A DNA stretch of 64,000 bases. Origin: Minisyncoccota bacterium. GTDB lineage: Bacteria > Patescibacteriota > Minisyncoccia > Phycocordibacterales > CAIJYI01. The notes beneath the pieces are model-generated. The model was not told where the DNA came from and ran no database searches. It saw only the letters and a program-made list of their open reading frames with translations. Shown here piece after piece: positions 18,490 to 28,142 of the stretch. Position numbers and translations under genes: made by a program. Each line of letters starts with the position of its first letter. Within the stretch, counting starts at the first letter, position 1. The stretch is taken from positions 17,789-81,788 of the forward strand of contig JALNYN010000002.1 of assembly GCA_023229825.1 (NCBI GenBank). The letters run 5' to 3'.

Positions 18490-19782
18490 TTACGCCTCCG
18501 CCTTATGTACCTCAAATGCCCAAAGAGATGAGTCTTTTTTGTTGGTAAAATAAATGAAATCCTGAAGCGGTGATATCACAAGCGAGGTCATATCCATAAG
18601 TTCCACCGTGAAACTTGAAGGAACAAGAATAACTACCGACTTCCCCGTGTTTGCATCTACTTGCCAAAGGTTATCTGAAAAAGAAACAGTCCCCTGATAC
18701 CAGGCATCAGGATAGGCGGTTCCGGGAAGATTTTGCGGAGCGGCGCAGTAGATGGTAAGGCTGTCGCTTTTCCATGCGCATTTTTCCGGCAAGGTCTGGA
18801 GGATCAGATTAACGGTAGTATTATTTGAAATATTATGGATACCAAGCGTTAATCCGCCTTTTGTGCTTTCTGAATAAAGAATGCGTTGTCCATCCGTGCT
18901 TGGGAGCGTCGTGAGCCCTTTTTTGTCGCCGAGGATCTTTTTAAGGACCCCGCTTTTTATATCGAATGAGTAAAGAAAACCGGGAACGTTTTGCGATGCT
19001 TTGGTTTGAAGGAGTACGTTTTTTGAGTTAACGGCAACCGGGAGCCATTCGGAAAAAGGAGACTGAAAGACTTGAGATCCGCTATTCTTTTCAAAATTGA
19101 ATATCGATCCAAAAGAATTTCTGTTGCTGAATTCACCAGTTCGCGTCAGATAAAAAGCCGTTTTTTCATCTGCCGATACTTTTAGGTCAGCAATATCCGG
19201 AGGAAGGAACCGTCCATTCGGAACAGATGCGCTGGTGGTAGCGTTATCAGATGATAAAGCGCCGGCTCTCGGGATATCAAGAACGAATGTGGAGATCGTC
19301 TCCCCTTTGCTTTTGAGATAACGCATTACGACCGATCTTCCGCTATTGGCAAACTGCGCTTCATAGATCCTCGGCATTATGGAATGAGAGATCCTGTTCG
19401 TTTGCATATCTTCGAGCCTGGTTTCAAAAACATTACCGGTCTCTTTTTCGACATAATTTACATACTCCTTTCCTGATTTCTGGGTTGCATATGATCCGGC
19501 TACGGCATTTTTGGTGACCTGACGTAAGATCGGAAGATCTTTATTGCCGACATACGCGGGAATATCAGAATTGTTATTTATCACATTTCCCGAAGGAGAG
19601 GTCCCATTGGGGTTAACTTTGGTACTGTCTGAGTTTCCAAAAGGAAAAAATCCATTAGGTTCCTGACCAGTCTCTTTTGGGGTGTTATTTCCGCCCCTCG
19701 TTAAAATGAATGACGCAAGGAAAAAACCGATGGTGATTATTGCGAATATTCCTACGATTATATAAAGCTGTTTTTTTGACAT
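18490..19782 (-). CDS. Bitopic membrane protein (N-terminal TM, ~400-aa beta-rich extracytoplasmic domain); possible T4SS-like structural component
   Basis: 430 aa; MSKKQLYIIVGIFAIITIGFFLASFILT; embedded in the virB4/virB6/pilin cluster. No recognisable family motif. Confidence 0.4.
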   Translation of the reverse strand: MSKKQLYIIVGIFAIITIGFFLASFILTRGGNNTPKETGQEPNGFFPFGNSDSTKVNPNGTSPSGNVINNNSDIPAYVGNKDLPILRQVTKNAVAGSYATQKSGKEYVNYVEKETGNVFETRLEDMQTNRISHSIMPRIYEAQFANSGRSVVMRYLKSKGETISTFVLDIPRAGALSSDNATTSASVPNGRFLPPDIADLKVSADEKTAFYLTRTGEFSNRNSFGSIFNFEKNSGSQVFQSPFSEWLPVAVNSKNVLLQTKASQNVPGFLYSFDIKSGVLKKILGDKKGLTTLPSTDGQRILYSESTKGGLTLGIHNISNNTTVNLILQTLPEKCAWKSDSLTIYCAAPQNLPGTAYPDAWYQGTVSFSDNLWQVDANTGKSVVILVPSSFTVELMDMTSLVISPLQDFIYFTNKKDSSLWAFEVHKAEA

Positions 19783-19789
19783 ATCCTTT

Positions 19790-20839
19790 TTAGTTATCGT
19801 ATGACATCATAACGTTTTTTGATGCGGTCTGAAGATCATAGCCCAGGTTGTTTATCGCGAGATTCAGCTGAAATCTTCCGCTCCCCTGTTCCGGCTTCCT
19901 GAAAGTGAACTCGGTTTTGTTGTCCGGATCGGTCTCGAGTTTTTTACCGTCAATTTTCCATGAAAAAGAGGCGGTGTTGTTGTTTAATCCCGGAAGTGCA
20001 AAATAGAAAGGCGCGGCGCGAACCGTGAGCTCTTTATCGGTGAACCGAAAAGCTTCACCCAGACTATTTTCAAATCTCATACCTTCGAGCGGTTTGTTCT
20101 GATAAAACACGATCTTCGGTTCGCTGACATAGATCGGGACCTTTTTACTGATCGATAATCCGGTATCCAGTGTGGAAACGGTGACCTCTATTTGGTCTGT
20201 ATTGTAGGTATAGCCGGTTTTGTAAATAAAAATATTTTTTCCATATCCGGAATCATTCGGATTTCCAAAATAGCCGGCTTTCCATTTATAGACGAGATTG
20301 GAGGAATTGTAGTAGCCATCTTGACCGACAAATGATGGAAATGGTACGACGCGCACAGAACCTTGCGACGACGGCAGAGCTTTTCCTTTGTAAAACGGCG
20401 GAACGTACGTATCTGCTTCCCAGAGCACATCAAGATCGGTCGGCGTTATAGTGACCTCTTTGGTTATATTGCCGAATGACGGCGCGTCTGCTGATATTTT
20501 TATGACTGATTGGTTGCCGACATTACCTGTGGTAAAAGTAAAGCTTTTTTTACCCAACCCTGTCAGTTTCATTTGTCCGTCGACATACCAAGTAATGGTA
20601 GTTTTATCGAGATTTACCTGAAAGGACGAAGCATTTACGGTTGTGCTCTGTAATGCTCCCGGAAACTTCGGGGTGTAAGAAAGAGTTATGATATTGCTGC
20701 TTTTTCCCATTATGGAGTCCAGTTGTCCGTATGCGTATCCAAACACGCTAAAAAATACAAGAAACACAAGTGGAAAATATATTTTCTTCATACCATTATT
20801 ATATAGGAAAAAACATCCGCAAAAAAGCAGGTTATCCAC
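19790..20839 (-). CDS. Secreted hypothetical protein (beta-rich)
   Basis: 349 aa; probable true start MKKIYFPLVFLVFFSVFGYAYG near 20791 followed by a signal peptide. Confidence 0.45.
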   Translation of the reverse strand: MDNLLFCGCFFLYNNGMKKIYFPLVFLVFFSVFGYAYGQLDSIMGKSSNIITLSYTPKFPGALQSTTVNASSFQVNLDKTTITWYVDGQMKLTGLGKKSFTFTTGNVGNQSVIKISADAPSFGNITKEVTITPTDLDVLWEADTYVPPFYKGKALPSSQGSVRVVPFPSFVGQDGYYNSSNLVYKWKAGYFGNPNDSGYGKNIFIYKTGYTYNTDQIEVTVSTLDTGLSISKKVPIYVSEPKIVFYQNKPLEGMRFENSLGEAFRFTDKELTVRAAPFYFALPGLNNNTASFSWKIDGKKLETDPDNKTEFTFRKPEQGSGRFQLNLAINNLGYDLQTASKNVMMSYDN

Positions 20840-20856
20840 TAGGCGGACGAGTATCA

Positions 20857-20885
20857 GGGATTAGTATCAGTATCAGGGACGACGG
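20857..20885. repeat. Left inverted repeat flanking the four-helix-bundle gene 20913..21275 (partner at 21281-21306)
   Basis: gggattagtatcagtatcagggacg versus the reverse complement of cgtccctgatactgatactaattccc: 25/26 match. Confidence 0.8.
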
Positions 20886-20912
20886 ACGTCCCACACAATA
20901 CTTATTCCTTTT

Positions 20913-21275
20913 TTATTTATTCATCGCGGATCTTATCAGACCGGAAATAAGTCGAATAGCGATACGTATGGAATTGTTTATATCATTAAAGTTTTTTTCA
21001 TCCAGATACCCGAGATCTTTTGCTACAAGAAGCTGGCTTTCGACCTCAAGAAGCGATCCTTTTGCGATAGCATAAAACTGAGATTTATCTTTTCCTGAAT
21101 TTCTTCCAAAACCCTCAGCAATATTCGACACTATTGAAACAGAAGCTCTGCGAATTTGATTCGTCAGACCAAACTTTTCATCCGAAGGAAACATTTTTGT
21201 AGTTTTATAAACTAGAATCACTAGTTTTTGTGATTCTTTCCATGCTTCTAAATCTGTAAAATTATGAATAGTCAA
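20913..21275 (-). CDS. Four-helix-bundle protein (23S rRNA intervening-sequence protein family)
   Basis: 120 aa; RRASVSIVSNIAEGFGRNSGKDKSQFYAIAKGSLLEVESQLLVAKDLGYL is the family signature (SNIAEGFGR). Confidence 0.8.
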   Translation of the reverse strand: MTIHNFTDLEAWKESQKLVILVYKTTKMFPSDEKFGLTNQIRRASVSIVSNIAEGFGRNSGKDKSQFYAIAKGSLLEVESQLLVAKDLGYLDEKNFNDINNSIRIAIRLISGLIRSAMNK

Positions 21276-21280
21276 TTTAT

Positions 21281-21306
21281 CGTCCCTGATACTGATACTA
21301 ATTCCC
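21281..21306. repeat. Right inverted repeat flanking the four-helix-bundle gene
   Basis: See 20857-20885. Confidence 0.8.
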
Positions 21307-21318
21307 GATACTTATGCT

Positions 21319-23175
21319 TTATTGATTCGTCGACTGTTCGGCGTATTCGTTTCTTGATTTTTTGATCGCTAATACTTGCGATGGGTCGGAGGTGATGATC
21401 TGATCCTCTGTGTAAGACGAAATAACCTTAATGGCAACATGTTTTGACCCGGCAAAGAAGATACCCTCTCCTACTCCCGATTCAAGTAAAAGATATTTTT
21501 CCTCATCCGTAAGATTGAAGGTTTTTTGAACGATCTCAACGGAAGACGGGGATTGTTTCATAAGGAATTGCAGCGAGGAGTTCGTTATGATCGGCAAACC
21601 GTACGGACTTCGTAAAAAGTCTTCGACGTCCTGTGTGATCGTGGCGATCCCCAGAAAGTATTTTCTTCCTCTTTTTGCCAAACTAAAGAGAAAAGAAGCC
21701 GTATCTTCGGATTTCATCATCCACCATGCCTCGTCGATAACCATGAGCCGTTTGCGGAGCTCTTTGCGTATGGCACCCCAAATGTAGTGAGTAATGATAT
21801 ACATGGCCACCGGTTTCAGCTCATCTTCCATGTCTCGGACTGAAAAAACGATGAATTTCTTATTGATGTCGATATTCGTCGGCTTGTTGATGAAATTCGA
21901 CCATGTTCCCTTCGTGTATTTTGTGAGGCGCTGAACCAGTGATTCCGCACCATCCATTCCTGTGAGAACCAGCTCAAAGTCGCCCAGGATCGGCGGATCG
22001 ACCTCTGCAAAGTTGGATTCAGCGGTAATATCTTTCATTGCATAGGTTTCCGTAATGGCGCGATCGATGATCGCATCTTCTTCCGGAGTAAGGCCGCTGA
22101 ACATGATACGAAAGAGGCCCACTAGGTTGATGATATGAGACCGAAGAACATCGGACGCTGATTCATCTTCTCTTGGAACGGGAAGATCAAAAGGATTGAT
22201 GTGGTGCCCTGACGTAAGCGAAATATTGAAATATCTGCCGCCGGTAGCCTCCGCCATATATTCATATTCCCTTTCCGGATCGATAACAATGACTTCCGTA
22301 TCGAGCATGAGCGTTCGAAGTATTTCAAGCTTTGTTGTGTAGGATTTACCGGATCCGGACTTCGCAAAGATGATCGAGTTATAGTTTTCGAGAGAAAAAC
22401 GGTCGAATAGAACAAGACTGGAATTGTGTCGATTGACGCCATAGAGAATCCCCTTATCGGAGGTGAGGTCGAAAGAAACGAACGGAAACATGCTCGATAG
22501 AGGCGAAGAATTGAGCTTGGAATGGATCTGGAGGTCGTCTGTTCCGGTCGGTATAACACTATGAAAGCCGATCTCTTGCTGAAAGAGCGCCGGTTTTACA
22601 TAGACGAGCTTTGATTCCAAAAGAGATTTTATCTGAGATTCGAATTTATCCAATTCAGCGTCATCCGATCCATAAATGGTGACATACAGGCCGACATCGT
22701 AGAGTTTTTCCGTCGCCTGCTGCAGTTTGTCGCGCAATTCCTCAAGATCGCGAAAAGCAGTTTCAAGGATCGGATCGCGAACGAAACCTTTTTCTTCCCT
22801 CTCACTGATCTGGCTTTGTACTTCCGTCACCTTTTTCTGGAATTGTTTGAGTACGGTTCCGGTATCGATCGGATGCACGAAGATGGAAATATCGAAAACG
22901 CGGTCAAGATTGATGATCGGAGAGAACCAGCTGTCGGAAAGATAACGAGGATAAGAGATAACAAAGAATGTCCTTGCGATCTTTTCGCCGAGATTCAGCT
23001 GCTTCGGAGTGATCTTGAGCGCGGCCGGAGCGAGCACATCGCGCAGTTCGAGAACGCCGGATTCATATATTTCCTGCGGCAGGATCGGTACGATCTCTTG
23101 TTTATTCGATTTGTTTCCAAAAAATCCCATATAAAAAAGTAAAAAGTTAAAAGGTGAAAGTTTTTTCGTTGTCAT
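21319..23175 (-). CDS. virB4: VirB4/TrbE/CagE-family type IV secretion ATPase (short Gram-positive-like form)
   Basis: Walker A FAKSGSGKSYTT; Walker B LMVIDEAWWMM, where DEAW is the VirB4 signature; ~600 aa. The track ORF starts at a GTG (23199) inside the family-C repeat. First in-frame ATG (MTTKKLSPF) is at 23175 and a later Met (MGFFGNK) at 23130. Confidence 0.85.
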   Translation of the reverse strand: MTTKKLSPFNFLLFYMGFFGNKSNKQEIVPILPQEIYESGVLELRDVLAPAALKITPKQLNLGEKIARTFFVISYPRYLSDSWFSPIINLDRVFDISIFVHPIDTGTVLKQFQKKVTEVQSQISEREEKGFVRDPILETAFRDLEELRDKLQQATEKLYDVGLYVTIYGSDDAELDKFESQIKSLLESKLVYVKPALFQQEIGFHSVIPTGTDDLQIHSKLNSSPLSSMFPFVSFDLTSDKGILYGVNRHNSSLVLFDRFSLENYNSIIFAKSGSGKSYTTKLEILRTLMLDTEVIVIDPEREYEYMAEATGGRYFNISLTSGHHINPFDLPVPREDESASDVLRSHIINLVGLFRIMFSGLTPEEDAIIDRAITETYAMKDITAESNFAEVDPPILGDFELVLTGMDGAESLVQRLTKYTKGTWSNFINKPTNIDINKKFIVFSVRDMEDELKPVAMYIITHYIWGAIRKELRKRLMVIDEAWWMMKSEDTASFLFSLAKRGRKYFLGIATITQDVEDFLRSPYGLPIITNSSLQFLMKQSPSSVEIVQKTFNLTDEEKYLLLESGVGEGIFFAGSKHVAIKVISSYTEDQIITSDPSQVLAIKKSRNEYAEQSTNQ

Positions 23176-23248
23176 CCCGGGCAACGACCCGGGATCCACG
23201 TTGTTACTGTATTGGACGACGTGGATTCCGGATCAAGTCCGGAATGAC
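23167..23248. repeat. Family-C double-hairpin element, complete copy
   Basis: cgttgtcatcccgggcaacgacccgggatccacgttgt (stem atcccggg/cccgggat) + spacer + acgtggattccggatcaagtccggaatgacg (stem attccgg/ccggaat). Overlaps the annotated 5' end of virB4. Confidence 0.85.
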
Positions 23249-23266
23249 GGAATAATAAAGGACGAA

Positions 23267-23917
23267 TTAATGTACATTTTCGAGAGGGATCGGTTTATCG
23301 ACCTCGCCCGGATTAAATATTTTATAAAAAAGTTCGACGATCTCTTCCGTTCCGAGCTGTGCTACGCGTATTCCGAATCGCGATAATCCTTGTTCGATCA
23401 CCGAAACCCTCTGCTCTATTTGTGTCTTGCTTTCTTCGAAGTTCTCCAGCCATTCTTTTGTTTTTGCCGTTGCGGGAGTTCCTCCTCCGGAAGTGAAGCT
23501 CCATTTGCTTTTAACGCTGGAACTTATGTTCGATGCATACGGAACGACCACGAAGAAGCTTTTAGACATAATATTTGTGGAGTCCGTAAAATTCTTAATA
23601 AAGTCGATGTATTCGCGTGTCTGTATCCGCATAAGCTCGTTGATCTGGTCTCTTTCCTTTTCCTCCAAAAACGCGATATACGGGCGAATATCCAAACGGC
23701 GCGATTGAATATAGAATTGGATGGAAAATTCGAGCGAATTGAGAAAATTCTGGAATTGACCGATGATGGCCTCCTGTTCGTCTTGCGATTTAAGCGCTAT
23801 GTTCAAAGAAGAAGTCATAAGAACAGCGCGAAAAGAATTGTCTTTCATGATGACGATCCCGTCGCGTATCTCTTTGATCGGTATGAAGTCTTGAGCTGGT
23901 TTAGATTTTTGAGCCAT
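23267..23917 (-). CDS. Hypothetical cytoplasmic protein in the T4SS-like cluster
   Basis: 216 aa, no TM, no recognised motif. Confidence 0.4.
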   Translation of the reverse strand: MAQKSKPAQDFIPIKEIRDGIVIMKDNSFRAVLMTSSLNIALKSQDEQEAIIGQFQNFLNSLEFSIQFYIQSRRLDIRPYIAFLEEKERDQINELMRIQTREYIDFIKNFTDSTNIMSKSFFVVVPYASNISSSVKSKWSFTSGGGTPATAKTKEWLENFEESKTQIEQRVSVIEQGLSRFGIRVAQLGTEEIVELFYKIFNPGEVDKPIPLENVH

Positions 23918-23962
23918 GTTTCAATTTAAAAAGTAAAAATGAAAAAGTAGATCGTTAAATGG

Positions 23963-24340
23963 TTAAATGGTTAAATTGTTGTTTGTAAATTGGATCAGCG
24001 TGTTGATTTCCTTTGAAAGAGAGTTGAGACATTTGTATATTTTATCGTATTCCTCTTTTTTTATTAGTTTTCTGATTTTTGCTTTCTCGTTCCAATCAAG
24101 AGATTCTTTTACGGAACCGCGGCTATAATAGTAAAATTTTATCTTGTCTTTTTTTCCGTATCTTCCAAATCCTTCGGCGATATTAGCTGAAATAGAATCA
24201 ACCGCTCGTACAAACTGTTTTCCAACGGTATCTTTTTCAAAATAACCCCAAGAACAAACAATACCCCATATACAATTGCTTAAAATAAACGATTTTTTGT
24301 ATGCAGAAATGTCATTCAGTGCAAGATATTTTTTATCCAT
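23963..24340 (-). CDS. Four-helix-bundle protein (23S rRNA IVS protein family), second copy
   Basis: VDSISANIAEGFGRYGKKDKIKFYYYSRGSVKESLDWNEKA. The track start (24349) is a TTG; first ATG gives MDKKYLALN. Flanked by inverted ttaaatgg-unit repeats (23954-23981 and 24350-24379). Confidence 0.8.
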   Translation of the reverse strand: MDKKYLALNDISAYKKSFILSNCIWGIVCSWGYFEKDTVGKQFVRAVDSISANIAEGFGRYGKKDKIKFYYYSRGSVKESLDWNEKAKIRKLIKKEEYDKIYKCLNSLSKEINTLIQFTNNNLTI

Positions 24341-24382
24341 ATTTTTCAACCATTTAACAATTTAGCCATTTAACAATTTTTC

Positions 24383-24895
24383 CTACAAGTCCTTCAATAG
24401 CGGTGCGTGTCCTTTTTCTGATATTTGGGATCTTTTTCCGTATTGGTCTTTATCTTTGATGTCTAAACTCCACGCAAGATCTTTCAGATTGCTTTCCGAT
24501 AAAGGCGGAACATAGGCGCCGTTTACTCCCGAATCTTGCCCTTTCATGGATGAGGAGGAACTTTCCGGTTTTCTGGGTTCTTTTTTCCAGATATAAAGCC
24601 GGGGCGACGAAAAATATGTCAGAAATGCTTCAACCATAAACATGAACGGTTTGTTGTATGGCCGGTAAAAAGCAAGCGCCACCCCGAACGATATCGAGAG
24701 CACAATAAGAGGAAGAGCAAAATATATTTTTAAGTAAGTGTAGGCAAGGTATGAAACAGCCAGACTTCCCAAAATATAGAGAAACTGCTTCATTGTAATA
24801 AATCCGAAGACCTTGTCTTCCACTTCAAGAAATTGAGGTACGTGGTATTGCATAATATTTTCTATACTATAAATATACCACGAAAAACAATACAA
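24383..24895 (-). CDS. Small 2-TM membrane protein, possible VirB3/PrgI-like T4SS component
   Basis: 170 aa; two hydrophobic helices (FLYILGSLAVSYLAYTYLKIYFALPLIVLSISFGVALAFY). Placed between VirB6-like and VirB4 genes as VirB3 usually is. Inference only. Confidence 0.35.
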   Translation of the reverse strand: MYCFSWYIYSIENIMQYHVPQFLEVEDKVFGFITMKQFLYILGSLAVSYLAYTYLKIYFALPLIVLSISFGVALAFYRPYNKPFMFMVEAFLTYFSSPRLYIWKKEPRKPESSSSSMKGQDSGVNGAYVPPLSESNLKDLAWSLDIKDKDQYGKRSQISEKGHAPLLKDL

Positions 24896-25057
24896 CCAAA
24901 GTGAATGACGGGGCGGTCGTTGAAAATAGTTAAAAAGTAAAAATGAAAAAGAAAAAACTACAACTAAAAAGTAAAAATTAACACAAAACTCGAGCGAGTG
25001 GTCAATTTTTAATTTTTCCTTATCGTTTTTAATTTTTCGATTTTACTTTTTAGTTTT

Positions 25058-25480
25058 TTATATTGCCTCCTTATATGGATCGACAGGTTTATTGATCTCG
25101 GCGGGCGCTTGTTCCGGTTTTATTTCAAGCTTTTTTTCTTCCGCTGAGTTTGCTTCCGCGGTCATTTTATGGATCTCCATCAAAGAATGACGGACGTTTT
25201 TGAAGATCTTTTCGTTTATTATGCCGGCGATCTCTTTGGCTGTCGGCGCCGGAATATTAAGTGTTTTTTCTACAATGGAAATGAATTTTTGCGGAGGGGT
25301 GGCTCCCAGCATAAGCATCCCGACTTCCGCCGAAAGATCGCCGACCTGGTCGATGTGAAAATGGTATTTTTCCTGTATTCCCTTAAGAACATCCACGGTA
25401 TCCACCGAAGTCATCGCGTCTTTGACATCGTCGGGAAGCTCCGCGAACATTTTATCGAGTTGAGATTTTGTGTAGGGCAT
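25058..25480 (-). CDS. Hypothetical soluble protein
   Basis: 140 aa, acidic, no motif recognised. Confidence 0.4.
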   Translation of the reverse strand: MPYTKSQLDKMFAELPDDVKDAMTSVDTVDVLKGIQEKYHFHIDQVGDLSAEVGMLMLGATPPQKFISIVEKTLNIPAPTAKEIAGIINEKIFKNVRHSLMEIHKMTAEANSAEEKKLEIKPEQAPAEINKPVDPYKEAI

Positions 25481-25561
25481 GTTTCAAATTAAAAACTAAA
25501 AATGAAAAAGGAAAAATTGTTTTAAAATTTACTTTTTTCACACCATTCTCTTAACTATTCT

Positions 25562-25622
25562 GTCGCCGGACTGGGGTTGCCACCGCAGCGTGCGGGGTCC
25601 CGCTTGCGAGCGGGATACCCCT
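25562..25622. repeat. Composite GC-rich palindromic element (family A-like half + family B-like half) just past the stop of the VirB6-like gene
   Basis: gtcgccggactggggttgccaccgcagcg (compare REP copies at 32301 and 32637) followed by gtgcggggtcccgcttgcgagcgggatacccc (compare 36496-36540). Confidence 0.7.
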
Positions 25623-25639
25623 ATCCGAAAACGTTTGTG

Positions 25640-28141
25640 TTATTTCTTTCTTTTTCCTTTACCGTCTTCCTTCCAGGTCCATTGAGGTTTTTCTTCCGTG
25701 GTTTTACGGTCTGCCGTTGCATTTTTTGGAGCAAGGTCCAAATATTCTTTTGCTTTCTGGTCAACACCGTTCTTAACGGCTTCTTTTATTTCCGCCCAGT
25801 GCTCGTCGGTAAGATTGAGAGTGTTCGATCTGTTTATCTTTTCCAATTGCGTCTTGGTAAGGTGTTTCGCTACAAGCGGATTAGCGAGATCCTCTTCTTC
25901 TAAGGTCGCTATTCGGTTGTCACCCATTTTTTTAACCAGTTCTGTAACCTCCTCTCTTGTTTTCTCTTGATCCGCTTCGGTAAGAGCGCTATATTTCGCA
26001 AGCTTATCTTTCAGGTCGTTTCTGGCCTCTCGGAATCCTTCTTCTTTTTCGAAGTTTCGTCTTTCTATCTTCGCGGCATCCTGCTGGAGCGGTTTGAGTT
26101 TTGCGAAGACTGCGGTGTTTAGTTCTTTGATCGCTCCGTAATCTGTCGACTTGATCTGTTCCTTAACTTCTTCGAGCTGCTTTTCTATTGCTGTGCGCTC
26201 CTCTGCCCCCAAATTCTTATCGCTCAATTTCTTTTCCTTTTCAGCCACATCGGCTTGCATTGCTTTTACCTCTGACGTTCTCAAGTTTGCTTCGATCTGT
26301 GCGCGTTCCTTCTCTGTCATCCCTTTCAGGACTGCACGCATCTCATCGTCTGTGCGGCCGCGGACCTTATTTCCGTTCGCATCGATCGATTCATTACGCA
26401 AACCGGCAATAAGCGCAGCTTGTTTCTTTGGATCGCCTTCCAGACTCTTGTAACGTTCGACAACCGCCGGGGGCGAGAAGTTTATTTCACCGAGATCAGC
26501 GTTGAGTTGGCGCATGAACTGCTTGTCGTCTCCATCTTTGGCGCTCTCTATCAATTTCAGGCGCTCATTAACCGGCAGCGAAGCCATGATCTTTCTGGTG
26601 GAAACACCGAAGTCAAGCGGATGGGTAGGGCCTTTGCCCATAATATTGGGGCTGTAAACGCTTTTGAGATACGCAATTTTCTGTTGATCGGTTTTAAGGC
26701 TCTGGAATGTTTTGAGTTTTTCATCATCGCCCTCTTTTTGTTTTTGTGCATAGGTTTTAGCGGTACCAACGCCCAAGTTAAGTCCGGCGTTGCCGGCAGC
26801 TTGTTTAAATCCGCCGGTATTTCTGATATCGAAGCTTGAATTTTGCGCCTTATCAAGGGAAGAAAGTGCAAAACGACCAGCTATCGAAGTTTTCATATTA
26901 TCGATCCTGCCCTCTCTTTCCCATTTATCCTGCAGATATTGCGCCGATCTTCCAACACCACCCCTCATTGCCATTGCGCCGAAACCAAGAGCAGCCCCCG
27001 TCCCCATAGAAAGATATTTTGATGCGGCTGCTCCCGCCTGACCCGCCATTCCGGTCGCCATTTTCAGTCCATACATGAGGAATGCTCCGACAATGGCGAT
27101 TTGAAGCATTGCAGGAATAAGTGCGGTAAGCGCCCCTTGTTCGGCATTCGGCGTCCCTGTATTTAAACGAAAAGTCGTACCGGTTGCCTGAACGAGGCGC
27201 GAAGCGATGTAAACAAAAAACAAAAAAGGCGCGGGAAAAAAGACTTGCTTGGTCAGTTCGCTGAGCCATGCGCCGAATTTACTGCTGAACTGCGGAGTGG
27301 CGTAGGAAAAAAATGCCAGCGGTGAAATGATCATCAGCGCCCATATCATGGCAACGCGCCCGATCATGAGGAATGATGCCGCCAGCATGACAAAAATGAA
27401 AATGATCATCAAAACTCCGCACAGAAAATACACAAAAGCGATCCACGCCCAATGATCTTGCGATAAATTGAGATGGACAAGAGCGTCTTGTACCGGAATG
27501 AGAACCGCATGTAAAAAACCGCCGGTAATATTATGCTGCTCAATTCCATTAAAATCGATGTATAAGCCGCTTTCATCAGGAAAGGCATTATAGAATTCGA
27601 TCGCGACCATGTTTCCGACATCGACGATGAACCGGGTAATATACATGCTGAAATTCATGAAAAGCGCAACGACAATGACCGACATAAGGAGTTTTTTGGT
27701 TTGGCCGGACAGTTTCCCTAAGATCGTCATGATGGCGATATAAAGAAGGATGAAAATAAAGAACGTATTGGCGACATCACGACAGATCACCCAGCCGATA
27801 TTGATGAATTGCCGATCGGGAGCAAGATTATCTTGCTGATAACTGCTGCTGTTCAATCCGTACGCAAAGAGGGCGTTACTGGCGAGACTCGCAAATTCTG
27901 CGAGCCACGAAGGTACTTTAATAAAGAGGAAATAGGCACTGTAAACAATAATACAAGGACCCAGGTTGGTAACACAATTAATAAAACCAATAGGGTCTGG
28001 GGCAGCAGTTGAGTTAATACCTTGGGCATGAGCCACGGACTGATCAGGATCCCACGGGGCCGACATCGTAAAAAGAACCGGTGTAATGACAAGAACCAGA
28101 AATATGCGCGCGATTATTCTTTTTACCTTTGATGATAACAT
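25640..28141 (-). CDS. TrbL/VirB6-like polytopic membrane protein with ~430-aa charged coiled-coil C-terminal extension
   Basis: N-terminal ~400 aa with at least 6 TM helices (…AASFLMIGRVAMIWALMIISPLAFFSYATPQFSSKFGAWLSELTKQVFFPAPFLFFVYIASRLV…). C-terminal half is K/E-rich. Position next to virB4 and pilins. Confidence 0.55.
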   Translation of the reverse strand: MLSSKVKRIIARIFLVLVITPVLFTMSAPWDPDQSVAHAQGINSTAAPDPIGFINCVTNLGPCIIVYSAYFLFIKVPSWLAEFASLASNALFAYGLNSSSYQQDNLAPDRQFINIGWVICRDVANTFFIFILLYIAIMTILGKLSGQTKKLLMSVIVVALFMNFSMYITRFIVDVGNMVAIEFYNAFPDESGLYIDFNGIEQHNITGGFLHAVLIPVQDALVHLNLSQDHWAWIAFVYFLCGVLMIIFIFVMLAASFLMIGRVAMIWALMIISPLAFFSYATPQFSSKFGAWLSELTKQVFFPAPFLFFVYIASRLVQATGTTFRLNTGTPNAEQGALTALIPAMLQIAIVGAFLMYGLKMATGMAGQAGAAASKYLSMGTGAALGFGAMAMRGGVGRSAQYLQDKWEREGRIDNMKTSIAGRFALSSLDKAQNSSFDIRNTGGFKQAAGNAGLNLGVGTAKTYAQKQKEGDDEKLKTFQSLKTDQQKIAYLKSVYSPNIMGKGPTHPLDFGVSTRKIMASLPVNERLKLIESAKDGDDKQFMRQLNADLGEINFSPPAVVERYKSLEGDPKKQAALIAGLRNESIDANGNKVRGRTDDEMRAVLKGMTEKERAQIEANLRTSEVKAMQADVAEKEKKLSDKNLGAEERTAIEKQLEEVKEQIKSTDYGAIKELNTAVFAKLKPLQQDAAKIERRNFEKEEGFREARNDLKDKLAKYSALTEADQEKTREEVTELVKKMGDNRIATLEEEDLANPLVAKHLTKTQLEKINRSNTLNLTDEHWAEIKEAVKNGVDQKAKEYLDLAPKNATADRKTTEEKPQWTWKEDGKGKRKK

Positions 28142-28142
28142 T

